A DNA stretch of 64,000 nt, from assembly GCA_028534125.1 (NCBI GenBank), contig CM052818.1, forward strand, positions 3,970,001 through 4,034,000, written 5' to 3'. The stretch's first letter is position 1, and every line of letters starts with the position of its first letter. Source of the DNA: Lama glama (taxonomy: Eukaryota). Shown one piece after another: positions 40,463-53,635 of the stretch. The notes below the pieces were generated by a model. It ran no database searches. It worked only from the letters and a program-made list of their open reading frames with translations, and was not told the origin of the DNA. A program made the position numbers and the translations under genes.

Positions 40463-43314
40463 GCCTATTACCATGTTAAAATTTTGAGACTATCATTAGG
40501 GAAAAAATCATCTAACTGTATTTCCCAGGCTTATTTGACCATGACTTTCTTCAAACAATTTTTTTTCTTTTAAAAAATTCATTAAAAAATACCTCTTGAC
40601 ATCCATACTTTGGGAATAACTGCTCTCAGAAAAAAAATGGGGAGAGATTAAAATACTCTAACTTGTCCAAGTCTTCTTTTTTCATACCTTCTCCCTCCCC
40701 AAAGGATTAAAAACCCACTGCGGTCCCATTGCAGCTCTATGATGAAAAAAAGGTGGGGAGGATCTGTAGAAATTAAGTGGGAAGATGAAAGCAAGAAAAC
40801 CAGAGGAAACTGACCAGGAAAGGAAAGGAATATGAGACAGAAAAACACAATGGGGAGAATATTTGTGGATGACAGGATCGGCAAAAATAGGAATGGGCTT
40901 GAATTGGAAAGGGATTTGGAGGAAAGGTGGAGTCAGAAAAGAATAAGAATGTCTTCTTGCATCCTCATTCTCTAGGGACCTCTTAGGTTCTTTAGAGTTT
41001 GGGTAACGGAAGAATGTCTTGAGAGCTTTACAGTTTAGCAGGCTAGTCTGGAAGGGAATCAGAAGTGTCTTGATAGAGCTCTTCAAAGTTAGAGACACTA
41101 TTATTAAAAATAGGTGAGGGCACAGCAACCAGAGGGGAAGGAAATTCAGTGTGAAACAAAGTAATGGGAAAGGGGAGAGAGTGGAAGAGTCTCCCCTGGG
41201 ACACAGATGATGATGGAGGGATTCAGATGCTTGACTGCTTCAGGTGCCTCTGCCTTTCCTTCAGTATTCTTGATAGAGATCTGTTAATACATATTGACCA
41301 TCTCTAGATCTTAAACTGTCTCTATCCTTCTCTCTCTGGCCCAGAGAATTTCATTCCAGGTGCTTCTTCCAATTAGAGGATTTCGTGCCAGACTTACTCA
41401 TTATGGGGAGGTGTCCCCCAGATATGCCCAGGAAGTGAACTTGATATTGACCTATGGAAATATTGTTATTCTCAGGGAATAATGAAGTAGCCCAGAGATG
41501 TCCAGAGTCTGTAACAGTAAATGAAACCCTCGTGTGATACCAATATGGTGGCTCAGCAGGTCTGCAAGGGGAGACATTTTCAGTTCTTCAGATTGGCAGC
41601 ATTTTCCCTTGGCTGTGAGGATGTAACAGTTACTGCGTGTAGGGAAATGGGAGAAATGGATCAGTCACTTGAGGTTGAAGGAGAACTTGGGAAGAGTATC
41701 TGACGCATTCCTGCTAGCATTTCCCAGGTTAATTTCATGGCTCAGAAATATTCAAATATCAAGATCCCTTTATGGAAGTTGAATGCTCTAATTGGACTGA
41801 AGATGTCCAGGGTCCTAATCTCTTCCAAGGATTCCTGTGTTCTGGAGGAGATTTGTTGGCCTTCCCAAGGTCCACAGAGATAGCCATATGGGGTTTGGAA
41901 GGAACTCCTCTGCCTCTCAACCTCAAGCCAATGGAAGAATGAGATAAAGAGGATGCCTGGGCTATGCGTAGATATTTCTGAGGTTGAAGAAGCACAAGGA
42001 CAAATTAACCACACGCATGGAAATGTCTGAGTGATAACCTGGAAGTCAAGGTAGGGATGAGCTTCCAGGAGGAAGAAGCAGTCAACATTGCTGCATCCCG
42101 CGAAAGTCAAGAGCATGAGACCTAAGAAAACCCCACTGATTTGACACATGTCACTGCATCACCAAGGAGCCTTCCAGTGGAGTTGTGCAGGGGCACGTTA
42201 GACTGCACTGGGTTGGTAGGAAGGGAACTTTTCTATTTCAGGAAAAGCAGGATAGAAGGCTAACTTGTGAATTTTTCCATGTTTTATGCCACGAAAGAGG
42301 ACCCCAAGATATTCAAGAATACCACGAATTTAAGGTTCTGTGCTTTCCAGAACACCGGAGAGTTTGTCTTACTAGACTGACCATTTTAAGACTCTAGTCC
42401 TGAACCATAATCACCATTCTATCTGAATTTTCCAGGCTTCCTTCTCTGAGATAGACGTTCTTAAACATGACCTGCCTGTCTACCAGCCTCCAGTGACCCA
42501 TTCCCCTTTATTTGTCCCCTGCTCTCCAACACATATGACTGAGGCCCTTTTGTCAAGCTCTCAGACACAAAGTTTGCTGTCCTGATAACATTGCCGTTCA
42601 ATCTTCCAAGAATCTCACTGGGCACTAAAATACCATTTGTCTAGGATGTTGGCAAAAGTTTTGAAAACTGCTCCAGATAACAGAAACTACCCAAGAAAAC
42701 TTGGGAAACTTTTTCCTTAGAAATATTTGTCCACAATATAGACAGATCTGGCACTGTCCACCAAATTTTGTGCTAATCAAATAGGTCCAATGTTTGCCAA
42801 GGTCTTGGAGGTCCCACTGGTTCTTGGGCATTGGGACACCCAACAGCTTTCTAACGCAAAACATCATTTAGTAAAAATAGTATCTTTTTCATTGTTATGA
42901 GATTTCCTTCATGTTTGTCCTCCAGAGGACCGCCATTTGCAAAAAGCCAAGAGAGCATTCCCAGAAGCAATTTTTAATTCAGAATAACAACATTTGTAAA
43001 GAATCTGAGTCAGCTGAGTGATGGCTTTGGTCATAGGAAAAGAAATTGTATCAGTAATAACTTTAAACCCAGAGGCAGAACCGTAGTCTATAGCAAGATA
43101 CTTTGGTGGCATCCTGTAGACAGGTCGTCCACAAACTCAGCCTAGAAACAATCAAAGCCTCATTAAACTCAGCATCTCGTTAATAACCTTACCCAAAACC
43201 CAACCCAGTCTAGCTTGAAAATCAATTCAGTTCAGTACATCCCTTGACTCAATTTAGGGCAATCCCAAACCAATCCCAAAGTCCTGTTCACAGCCACCCA
43301 GATGCAGAGATAGA

Positions 43315-43814
43315 NNNNNNNNNNNNNNNNNNNNNNNNNNNNNNNNNNNNNNNNNNNNNNNNNNNNNNNNNNNNNNNNNNNNNNNNNNNNNNNNNNNNNN
43401 NNNNNNNNNNNNNNNNNNNNNNNNNNNNNNNNNNNNNNNNNNNNNNNNNNNNNNNNNNNNNNNNNNNNNNNNNNNNNNNNNNNNNNNNNNNNNNNNNNNN
43501 NNNNNNNNNNNNNNNNNNNNNNNNNNNNNNNNNNNNNNNNNNNNNNNNNNNNNNNNNNNNNNNNNNNNNNNNNNNNNNNNNNNNNNNNNNNNNNNNNNNN
43601 NNNNNNNNNNNNNNNNNNNNNNNNNNNNNNNNNNNNNNNNNNNNNNNNNNNNNNNNNNNNNNNNNNNNNNNNNNNNNNNNNNNNNNNNNNNNNNNNNNNN
43701 NNNNNNNNNNNNNNNNNNNNNNNNNNNNNNNNNNNNNNNNNNNNNNNNNNNNNNNNNNNNNNNNNNNNNNNNNNNNNNNNNNNNNNNNNNNNNNNNNNNN
43801 NNNNNNNNNNNNNN
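43315..43814. other. Assembly gap (500 N)
   Basis: Run of exactly 500 N. A round number suggests a placeholder of unknown true size. Confidence 0.99.
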
Positions 43815-44777
43815 TTCTTTCTGATATTGGTGTTTTAAGCTCTAATGATCCACAGAAAACAATCTTTATTATTTCCTCCTTGTAACTCATTCATTTATAC
43901 AAAACCAGTTTTTAGATATCTGCTATAAGGTAGGCCCATGTACCTACATTGAAGACAGAGAGATGAAAACAACATGGAACTTGCAGGCTTTAGTTGGGAG
44001 ATATAAATGCATAAATAGGTCCACCAGTGTGGTAAACCTATCTTCTAGAGGAAACTCAACTTGTCTCCTCCATCCCACCAAGACAATTTCAAAGAGAAGC
44101 AAAGCTAACTTAATGGAATCCTCAGTGATATATTATTGGACCAGAACTTCTCGGGATGACCTGTTCCAAGATGTGAATGGGTTGACATGACACATATCTC
44201 TTCCTATTAGTAATGAGATCACTTTTAGTAATAAGTTCCCTAAGAGGACCGAAAAGTGATCAGGAAGAAGCCCATGGCAAAGGGACCAAGATCTGGGCAA
44301 CTGAAGGTACCTCCAGGCTGAGTGAAAGGAATCACTAGGATCCTTGTCATGGATGACGAGAGCACGGAAGAGGTTGGGGGCAGAGCAGTAGCTGATAACA
44401 CAGTGTGCATTTACCTGATGAGTTTGCCTCTGAGAACTGACTCCTTAGAGAACTGCTTGGGCAGTAGTCAGAGCTGGATTTGCCTTCTAGCATAGGTTTT
44501 TCAGGTTCAAATGAGCGTGGGTCCAAGATGGATGTCGAAGCAGGCTCATTCTGGAACCTCAGACGCGAAAGCATTTGCCCTTACTGTAGCCGAAGTAACA
44601 GTGAGGAAGTCATATGTCATTAATTGTGAGAGGGCCTCCGTGTCCCCTGGAATAGGGATTGATTCCTAAAACCAGAGCCGACTTCTCTCCAAATAGGTTG
44701 AGCTCAAGGCATGGCTTGTACTACTACCCAGGTTTTGTTTTCTTCTCTATCATATTTCTCATCAAAAGTTGAGAATT

Positions 44778-45459
44778 GGAAAACAGTATGGAGATTCCTC
44801 GAAAGACTAGGAATAGACTTACCGTATGACCCAGGAATCCCGCTCCTGGGCTTATATCCAGAAGGAACCCTACTTCAGGATGACACCTGCACCCCAGTGT
44901 TCATAGCAGCACTATTTACAATAGCCAAGACATGAAGACAGCCTAAATGTCCATCAATGGATGACTGGATAAAGAGGAGGTGGTATATTTATACAATGGA
45001 ATACTACTCAGCCATAAAAACCGACAACATAATGCCATTTGCAGCAACATGGATGCTCCTGGAGAATGTCATTCTAAGTGAAGTAAGGCAGAAAGAGAAA
45101 GAAAAATACCATATGAGATCGCTCATATGTGGAATCTAAAAAACAAAAACAAAAACAAAAACCAAAAACAAAGCATAAATACAAAACAGAAATAGACTCA
45201 TTGACATAGGATACAAACTTGTGGTTGCCAAGGGGGCTGAGGGTGGGAAGGGATAGATGGGATTTCAAAATGTAGAATAGATAAACAAGATTATACTGTA
45301 TAGCACAGGGAACTATACACAAGATCTTGTGGTAGCTCACAGAGAAAAAAATGGGACAATGAATATATATATGTTCATGTATGATTGAAAAATTGTGCTC
45401 TACAATGGAATTTGACACAACATTGTAAAATGATTATAAATCAATAAAAAATGTTAAAA
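44778..45459 (+). mobile_element. Young 5'-truncated L1 3' end with perfect 14-bp TSD
   Basis: Peptides WKTVWRFLERLGIDLPYDPGIPLLGLYP and MEYYSAIK..FAATWMLLENVILSEV. TSD aaaagttgagaatt at 44764-44777 and 45460-45473. Confidence 0.97.
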
Positions 45460-46519
45460 AAAAGTTGAGAATTAACTTGACTTGCTATCTTCCTCACAGC
45501 CATAAATTTAGGCATTAAAGTGTGAGTTTATTCCACAGAACAGTGGAGTCAATCAATAAACACATAAAGAAGACTCAAGACCCTTACGGCATAGGGGAGT
45601 TTTCATCTTGGGCTGAAATGGAGGGAAAACCCAATGGGAATGTTAGAAACCTAGGCACCAACATGGAAGAAATAGAGACCCATGCCCAGAACACAGTCCT
45701 CTGGAAATCAGATTTACTCAGAGGGAGAGGGAAAACCTCAGGTGATAGACAAGAAGTCTTTAGAATTTGATGTCTGAAGACAGAAACTACAAAGCTAAAG
45801 AGTGAAAGGAGTTCATCACAAAACTAGTGAGTAATGGAACCAGCTTAAAATATAGTTCTTATTCATGCAGTTAATTCAGGGACTGTGGGAAAGAGAAAAA
45901 AAGGAAAGTAAAACATTCAAATCCAGCAAACTCTATTCATAACTTGTCAGCATATTCCAGTTTTTGGAATACTTTTTCCACATATGGATATTTCCCCATG
46001 AATCATGTTCTCCTAATGTAAAGTTAAAACCTTTCTAGTCTTCCTTGCTGCTGTAGTTCAGATACATACGGGTGGTCCTACTGTATATTTTCAGTTGAAT
46101 TACTTTCTCCCTCTCTAAGATGTCTCTTTATAGTCTTTTTTCCCCAAAATTTCCAACACATCTTTCTTTACTCTTAATTGATACTGCAGCTTCAGATTTC
46201 ATTGGAAAATTGGAATGCAGAAAACACGTGTCTGTGTGAATCTTATGCTCAGGAATGATGACTGGGGTGAAGAGCTTTGGAAGTCATGAGTGTAAAAGCT
46301 GAAGCTATGAGTGTGCTTACATAATATTCTGGCTAAATAAAGAGAGTAATATGATGAAGGTCGAAGAATGGAGCCCAGGTAGACATCAGCGTTTTTACAG
46401 AGCGTGGCAGAGGAAGAGGAATTGAGAAGGGAAATGACACATTTCTAGGAAAGAACAGTCATGAGCATTCATCAAGGTAGAGAGGGTGAGAAGGCAAGAA
46501 CTTAAAACTCTTCACTAGT

Positions 46520-47748
46520 TCTTTGTTCACTTTTATGAAAGGAGCTTGACAGAAAGGGTACTAGGAAAAAAAGAAATGCTAAGAAAGAAAAAAAAAGCCT
46601 CTTAGAAATTGGAACACAATAGTACAAATGAAAACCTCAGCAGAATAAATGGAAAATAAGCTTGAAGGCTTTTTTTTAGGAAGTGGAGTAAAAAACATAA
46701 TAAGGTGAAAAAGATGAATAGAGAACGTACACTAAGGAGGACACGTGCAGGGGGTCCAACATCAGAATAACAGGATTACAGAAGGTGAGAGCAAAGAAAA
46801 TGTTCATGACAAGGAACATTTCTTCAACTGAAGGACATGAGTTCCTAGCTTGAAAGGACCCTCTGAGTCTCCAAAACAAGGGACAAAAATAGACCTACCT
46901 TAAACTCGTTATTAAATGTCAGAACATTTGGGATAGAGAGATGTTTTCACAGGGCTCTAAGAAGAAAAATCAGGTCACGTAGAGAGAAAAAGTTATCAGA
47001 ATGGCCTTGGATTCCTCAACAGCAGAATTTGCCCTCAGTAGATAATGAAGCCTCTGAACTTCTAAAGGAAAACCCAGAATTCTACACAGTAATTGTCACT
47101 GATATGTCAGGATACAGTAAGGTATGTTCAGAAATTCATGGTCTTCAGAAAGTCACCTGCCATGCATAGTTTCTCAAGATGGTGCTTGAGGACCATCCAC
47201 TAAAATGAAAGAGCACACCAACACAGAAAGGCAAAATGCAAAAGAAAAAGAGAACCCATTGTGATGGTTAATTATATGTGTTAAATTGTCTAGGCTATGA
47301 TGGTTAGTTTTTCAGTCAAACACCACTCTAGATGTGGCTGTGAAGATATTTTTTTAGATATGATTAACATTTAGATCAGTAGACTTTGAGTAAAGCAAAT
47401 TACCTTTCATAATGTGGGTAAGACTCATTTAATCTGTTAAAAGTATTAAAAAGAAAAGGCTGAGATCTGCAGAAGAAGGAATTCTTCCTCCACACTGCCT
47501 TGGGACTCAAGACCACCACATTGACTCTTCCCTGGGTCTCCAGCCTTCTGGCTTGTTCTATAGATTTCAGACTTGCCAAGCACTACCATCGCATAAGCCA
47601 CTTCCCTAAAATTAATCTCTTTCTCTTGGCCTCTCTTTCTATACCTTGCATTTGATTCAGTTTCTCTGGAGAACTCTGACTAATACAACCGCTCAGAATA
47701 AAGGCAAAGGGAACTTTTACGATGACAGCAAAGCAATGTCCCAGATTA
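46520..47748 (+). mobile_element. Ancient L1M ORF1 remnant interrupted by an MLT2 (ERVL) LTR at 47260-47687
   Basis: L1: ggtccaacatcagaataacagga, atcagaatggccttggattcctcaacagca. LTR: tgtgatggttaatt..agactttgagtaaagca..tttctctggagaactctgactaataca. Confidence 0.8.
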
Positions 47749-48355
47749 TGTAACAGAGCAGGAGTTTATGGGGCCTTCCCAGAACAGACCCACCCACCCA
47801 CCCACTGTGTCCTTCCCCTGACGCTTGTTTGTAGAAAAACTTTAGCCTCCTAGGCCTCCCCTGAGTTCCAAAGAATAATTTTAATCAGGGAAGTGAGAAA
47901 ATGCAAAAACAAAGCAAAACAGTCAAGCAAGATAAAGTGATAGTTTAGCCATTAAATAAACTTAAGGACCTTTAGCTCTTCCTCAAGGGCTATAGATAAT
48001 ATCCTGAGCCATGTCTTTCAGCTGTTTTTCACATACTGAAACCCCCAGCAGGTGGAAGGAGTTAACTGTATGATGATCACAAGCACATACACTCCAGACC
48101 AGTTGGATCCAGAAGGCTGACAAAGCCGGCTCCCAATTACCTGACCACCAAACCCGTCAGAAGAATGTCCACGAGCTGATCACGCACCCCACAGCCTTTT
48201 CCCTCACCCTGTCTTTAAAAACCTTTCCTTGAAAGCCATCGGGAAGTCTGGACGTTTTGAACATTAGGTGCCCATTCTCCTTGCTTGGCACCCTACAATA
48301 AACACTGCACTTTCCTTCACCACAACCTGCTGTTGGTAGAATAGCTTTACTGCCT
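47749..48355 (+). mobile_element. ERV1-type LTR, apparently 3'-truncated
   Basis: Starts tgtaacagagcagga; TATA-like ctttaaaaa near 48213; aataaa near 48297-48302; the usual ..taaca terminus is not seen. Confidence 0.85.
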
Positions 48356-49295
48356 GAGGCTTGGAGAGGTCAAGTAGCTTTCTTTGAAAAACTGTGCACC
48401 TGTGAGAGGTGGAGCTGGGCTGCTGGCCTGGGCTCATTTGCCTTGGCTCTTTCCATCATGTGACCCTTCAAGACAGTGAGAAGGATGCTGACAGTGTGTA
48501 AGTGGGAAGAGAAGGAGTTGAAGCTTTGAAAGATTAAGTTTAAACACGAAAATCCTTTTTGTGCCATTTTCTTCCGCTGCTAGTTTCTGGGAACTAGATT
48601 TTCTGGTTTCTGTTTATAAATAATTACTTAACTTTGATGTTTCTTTGTTCTACTGTCAGGACGTTGGTTTTTGTATCATCAACTTGCAATCTATCTAAAT
48701 GTTTTCTAATCATTTAAATGACTATATCTTGTTTGGTGAGTGGGTGATGAGGCCTCTGCCTCTGACTTACGTAGGGGCCGAGGATCCTGGAATTCAAACA
48801 CAGGGTTTCTGCTTTCTCTACTGTAAAATTACTTCTGCAGAGCTGATGTAAAAAGTAAGCAAACAGGGAAGAAACACTTGAAGTTTTATAAGTGATCATA
48901 TTTAGTTTCCAAAAATATTGATGGGTTCCTGTGAACATCTGCCCTGCTCTAAACAGGAAGGCCTCATGGGGAGCTCTGATGCTACCAGACCCACCACGGT
49001 CTTGTTAGGGCTGTCAGGCATGTTGTCCAGCTGCCCACAGGACTTTGATCCTCAGAGCCTGTGAAATAAGAGGTCAGTGCAGAATTCTGGAGAATCAGAA
49101 TCTCAGAGTGCTTCTTGACATTAAGTATGTTTGGGAGCAAAAACAAAGGTAGTCTACTAGTTAAAAACCAAAGGGTCAGTTCAGTCCATTTGAGCCTGAG
49201 TCTTCCTGAAGGAGGGGAGGCATGGACATGTTCATCCCTGCAGAACTGGGACTGCCATCTCCTTCCAGCCCCAGGAGAACTTAAGCCAGTGGGTC

Positions 49296-49779
49296 TGTTA
49301 CCTAGTCCAAAGGCCAATAAATCGGGAGATAAGGGTTGAGGCAAGGAATAATGATTTTATTCGGATAGCCAGCAGCCCAAGAAGACAGAGGACTAATGTC
49401 CTGGAGAACCATCTTCCCTAAGTCAGAATTCAGGCTCCTTTTATACTAAAAAGGGGAGGGGGTGTGGTTGATTGCTGCAAACTTCTTGGTGGCAGAATCC
49501 TTTGTTCTCGCAGCCGTCCGCATAGGTCAGGTCATGATGCTCCTGTAAACCTTCAAAGAGACAAATGCTTTTCTCTGTTCTGCAACTTTTAATCTCTTTA
49601 TGAATGGAAAAGTGTTACACCCTTAAAGGTCAGAGCCTTGAGGATGGGCCATCCTGTCTATTTCAGGCTGTAGGCAACATTTTTGGAAGGTGTAGAATCA
49701 GCGTGACTAAGCACAGGCAACAGAGCACAGGGTTAGAGCCAAAGGGACAGATCTGATATGGAGTTGCTTTCACTTCTCA
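49296..49779 (-). mobile_element. ERV1-type solo LTR
   Basis: Minus strand ends ..ggtaaca (tgttacc at 49296). TATAAAA at 49445-49439 and AATAAA at 49361-49356 in the correct LTR order. The 5' end is approximate. Confidence 0.8.
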
Positions 49780-50603
49780 AGTTGCTGCCAATGTCTCACA
49801 CTATGGACCTGTGAAGTAAAACGAGCTGGAGAGGGAACTGAAAAGATGCTAAAACCTTTGCAAAGGGCTTTGACAGCTGGGCAGAGGAGGCAGGACCAGC
49901 ACCAGGGGCTGTGATGAGTTTGGGGGTGAAAGAGAAGATGGTAGAGTGGCAGATTCTCTGCCCAGCAGGGTGCTGTGTGGTTTCAGTGGCCGGTCGAGAT
50001 ATTAGCATTGGCTCACATTCTGGCCGTCTACCGCTACAAAATAAAGCACCCCAAAATGTAATGACTTAAAACAGTAATTTATCATTATTGCTTATGTATT
50101 GACTGGGTGGATTGACTGGGGCTCACCTAGCACCTCTCATGGGGGATTCCCAGGTGGTTGCAGCAAGACATCACTGAGGAGCCTTAAGGACCAGTTTTTG
50201 AATTGAGCTCTGCTCAGTCCAGCACCCCACACCATTTGCTACCCTGCACTACAGAAGATGACCAAGTTCCTACGCTGCCCTGATGGGCCTGGGGTAAGGA
50301 GTTGGAGGAGGCTTGTTTCTAAGGATCTAAGTGGGAAGGTTCCCCCCCATATCACTTCCCCGGGGAAATTCTTAGAGATTCCGAGAATTTGGATCTTGGG
50401 AGATGTGTGGGTAGGGAGCTGGAGTGGCTATGCCTAATTTCACTGTTTCCTGAGCAATTTCCACTGAAGAGATGAACAACTGGAGAGGGAGGGTGCATCC
50501 ACAGAGCTCACACATGAAAAACAGCATTGTTGGTTTGGCTGCCTTGTGAGGTTAGCTAAAGAGCTCAAAAGATCCTGGGAGGGAGTTGGTCTTAGAGAGA
50601 TGA

Positions 50604-50607
<4 letters not shown>

Positions 50608-50648
<41 letters not shown>
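50608..50648. repeat. (TG)n microsatellite, about 20 units
   Basis: Directly visible. Confidence 0.98.
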
Positions 50649-50653
<5 letters not shown>

Positions 50654-52422
50654 AGGGGGGTTGGGACTCTGTACCCTGAAGCTCTACCCTTTGATATTCT
50701 GCACAATAAGAACAAACAGAGGACTTAGCACTCAACTAAGTCTTAGCTTTTGATATTTATGCAGATAAAAGCCCTTTTTCCATATCCTCTGCTTGCTTTC
50801 TCAATGAATGATGTTATGTGAATAAAATGTGCAAGAGAGAAAACTGGACTCAGGACCAAACTGAGACCCAGTCCTGGTCCTCCAGCATTTACTAGCTGCA
50901 TGAGTCTGCGTGAATTGTTCACCTGGCTAAGCCTCAGTTTCCACATGGGCAACGTGATGTCTGCCCTACCTACCTCACACCAGGGGAGCCAGATGAGAGC
51001 TTGGAATGGAGAAACACACACCTTCCTCAAACAGGTGGTAGATGAGCAAATCCACAGATTTCTGGAACAAAAATTCTTAATGCAGATCAAGAACATGGAA
51101 AGATGATTTTCAATGTTCTTATTTTTGCATTTGTGAAAAAAAAAATGCATGTGGGACCTGCCTCTGTCATTATCTGGCTGCAGTGCCCAGGTCAATGCTA
51201 ATATGGCCACTTGCCCCTGAAGCCATGTGGACATCAGCAGCTCAACAGTTTTCCATCCCATCCCTTAGCTCCAAAGTCACCACAGCCCTGTCATGGGCGC
51301 ACGGGCCACTCCTGAGACCCACAAAGCCCTTTGACAAAACCCTGGTGGGATCTGGCATCAGCTCAACTTTCTCTCCAGTCCCTGGTCCAAGGGGGCATTA
51401 AAAGTCTATATATTAACCCCACTCTCTTCTATATTTCCTTTGAATGAACAAATAATAAACATACAGTAAAATTTTGTTTTAGCAGTAGAAATGGAAGGAT
51501 ACCATTGAAAGACCGGAAGTGGAGATGTTTTTGTTACCTGCACTGTGACAAAAGACCAGACAGAGGGACGGGCTGACCAGCTCATGAGTCAAGCAAGGGA
51601 AAGAAAACATTGCTGGAACAGCACATTCATGGGACAAAGAGCAAAGCCCCCGGGGGGCTGGAAGTGAGGGTGGGATGAGGGGCACTTAGGTGCATTCCAA
51701 ACCCTGATGTCCAAATATCTCAGCCCGAGAGCAACTGACTGCAGTCACAATCCCAGTTTCCATTTTGCTCAGATGGTCTGGGAAAGACATTTCAACAACA
51801 GAATTGTAATAAGAACTGCCGTTCCAGGCAGGGAAGGGGCCAGTGCCCAAAGTAACTTCAGTAGCATCACCAAAGCCCAGGAAAGAAAACGTTTGACACG
51901 GTGGACATTTCCAGTATGGAGGCTCCCTCTGATCAGACCCTGTTTCCTGATGCAAATACTGCCACGTTCAGGATGGCAGAGGGTGCAGTGGAGGGCAGTT
52001 GCCACGGGGCAAAACCTGACTGTCAGCCCCTTCAGAATTTTCAAGAGTAAAAGGTATGGTGTGTGATGGGCTTTCACAGTCATTCCAACCAAGCAGAGCA
52101 TGATAAAAAGAAAAGGGGCGGTTGTCAATTGCTTCAATTGTCCCCTAACTGGAGAATTTTATTAAGTAGAAGAGCCAGCTAACTTTGGGGAATTAAACAT
52201 AAGGAAAACTCGTGCCCATTTGAGGCATCCCAAACATGCTAGGGCTCTGTTTTGGGGCTCTCTCCTTACTATTCACAGGTAACACATACCAAACGAAGTA
52301 AAAGATTTTAAGAAAATTGTGTAAGAATTTTAGTTATCCAAATTAACTGTGTGGGGGCTCACACTAAGGTCATTCGGAGGGACCCTCTGCTAACCTTGTT
52401 CAGCTGTGCTTATGTCACATGA

Positions 52423-53635
52423 TGTAACCGAGCAGGACCCTCGGGGGCCTTCCGGGGACACACCCCTCCCCCATGTCCTGTGCTGCAGCTCCTCTCCGAG
52501 GTACCCAGATAACTGTATCTCATGTATATTTCCTGAGTTTTACAGATACTAAAAACCACCACCAAAGGGAAGAAATTAATGACTTGATGATTGAGGGCAC
52601 GTGCCCCCCCCACCTCATGACCTGGCGCCTAAGGGTTGATGGTGTTGACTGCCCTGTTCCCTCAACATCAACCAGTCAGAGGATTGTGCATGAGCTGATC
52701 ACAGACCCTGTGACCCCGCTCCCTCACTTGGCCTTTAAATAGGCTTTGCTGGAACCCTTCAGGGGACTCGGGGTTTTCTTGGGCATGGGCCACCCAGTCC
52801 TCCTTGCTCGACTCCAGCAATAAGCCTTTCTCTGCTCCAAATTCCAGCGTTTCCATTTGTTTGGCCTCATGGAGTGGCGGGAACATGAACTCGGGTACAT
52901 GAACTTGCCTTGGGTAACAATTCTGATGAGCCAGCGGAGGAGTCTGTACTGGTGGAGGGTCGACCCCAGCCAAGGGCAGCTCCTTCCCTGGGTCCCAGCA
53001 GCTGCCAAGCTCACTTTGCTCCAGGGTGTAGCAGGGAGGGGCTCTCCCTGACAGGCACCGGCCACCTGGTGGCAGGAGGCTATTTGGAGGTGAGAAACAT
53101 CCATGGCTACGGTCCACATGTGGTGTTGCCTGAGGGTGAGTCATTCCAGCTCCCACGGGCTGGTAATTCTCTCCACTCCATCTGGACTCATTCCCACCGG
53201 GAAGTGAGCATCTCTGGGCTCATAGTGAGCTCCTCTGGGTCCGTTCTCTGGGCCCATCTGTTTGGAGGCCTCCGTTTGGAAGTGGAAGTGAAATCTGGGG
53301 GCCACACCTCATCTGATCTTTTGTTTGTGGGACGATGTTTGTTGTCCATATGTGTGTGTCAGAACTTGCATTGTTCAGTTGGGACGTCTTTGAGTGACAG
53401 GGCTCACGTGTGACGACACCAGGGTGTCCTCCCCTATTGCGTTGGCCTCGCTTGTGGTGGAGCGTTGGTCAGGATGTTCCCTTTCTAGCCTTGGTCTTTC
53501 ATTCATCTCCATCTCTGATGGGGCACCAGTTGGGTTCTCCCCTTTTCGATTAATGGGGCACTGGTTAGGAATCTCCCTTTTGGGGCTAGGGAACTGCGAC
53601 CCTGCGAATTGTTGTTTGCTTGATATTTGATAACA
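52423..53635 (+). mobile_element. Truncated ERV1 provirus: 5' LTR (52423-52919), degenerate tRNA-Arg PBS (52924-52943) and leader
   Basis: LTR tgtaacc...gggtaaca followed by TGATGAGCCAGCGGAGGAGT, close to TGGCGAGCCAGCCAGGAGT (complement of the tRNA-Arg(ACG) 3' end). GC-rich leader follows. No gag/pol ORF or 3' LTR seen; right boundary approximate. Confidence 0.8.

Noticed and set aside
43244..43890. Two ORFs of 200 aa or more
   Set aside because: They span the N gap.
47749..52919. Two similar co-oriented LTRs as the ends of a single provirus
   Set aside because: They share only short motifs (tgtaac.gagcagga, ggggccttcc) and differ in length and body. The PBS follows the second LTR, and the interval between them holds unrelated old repeats (MIR, MLT) rather than gag/pol/env.
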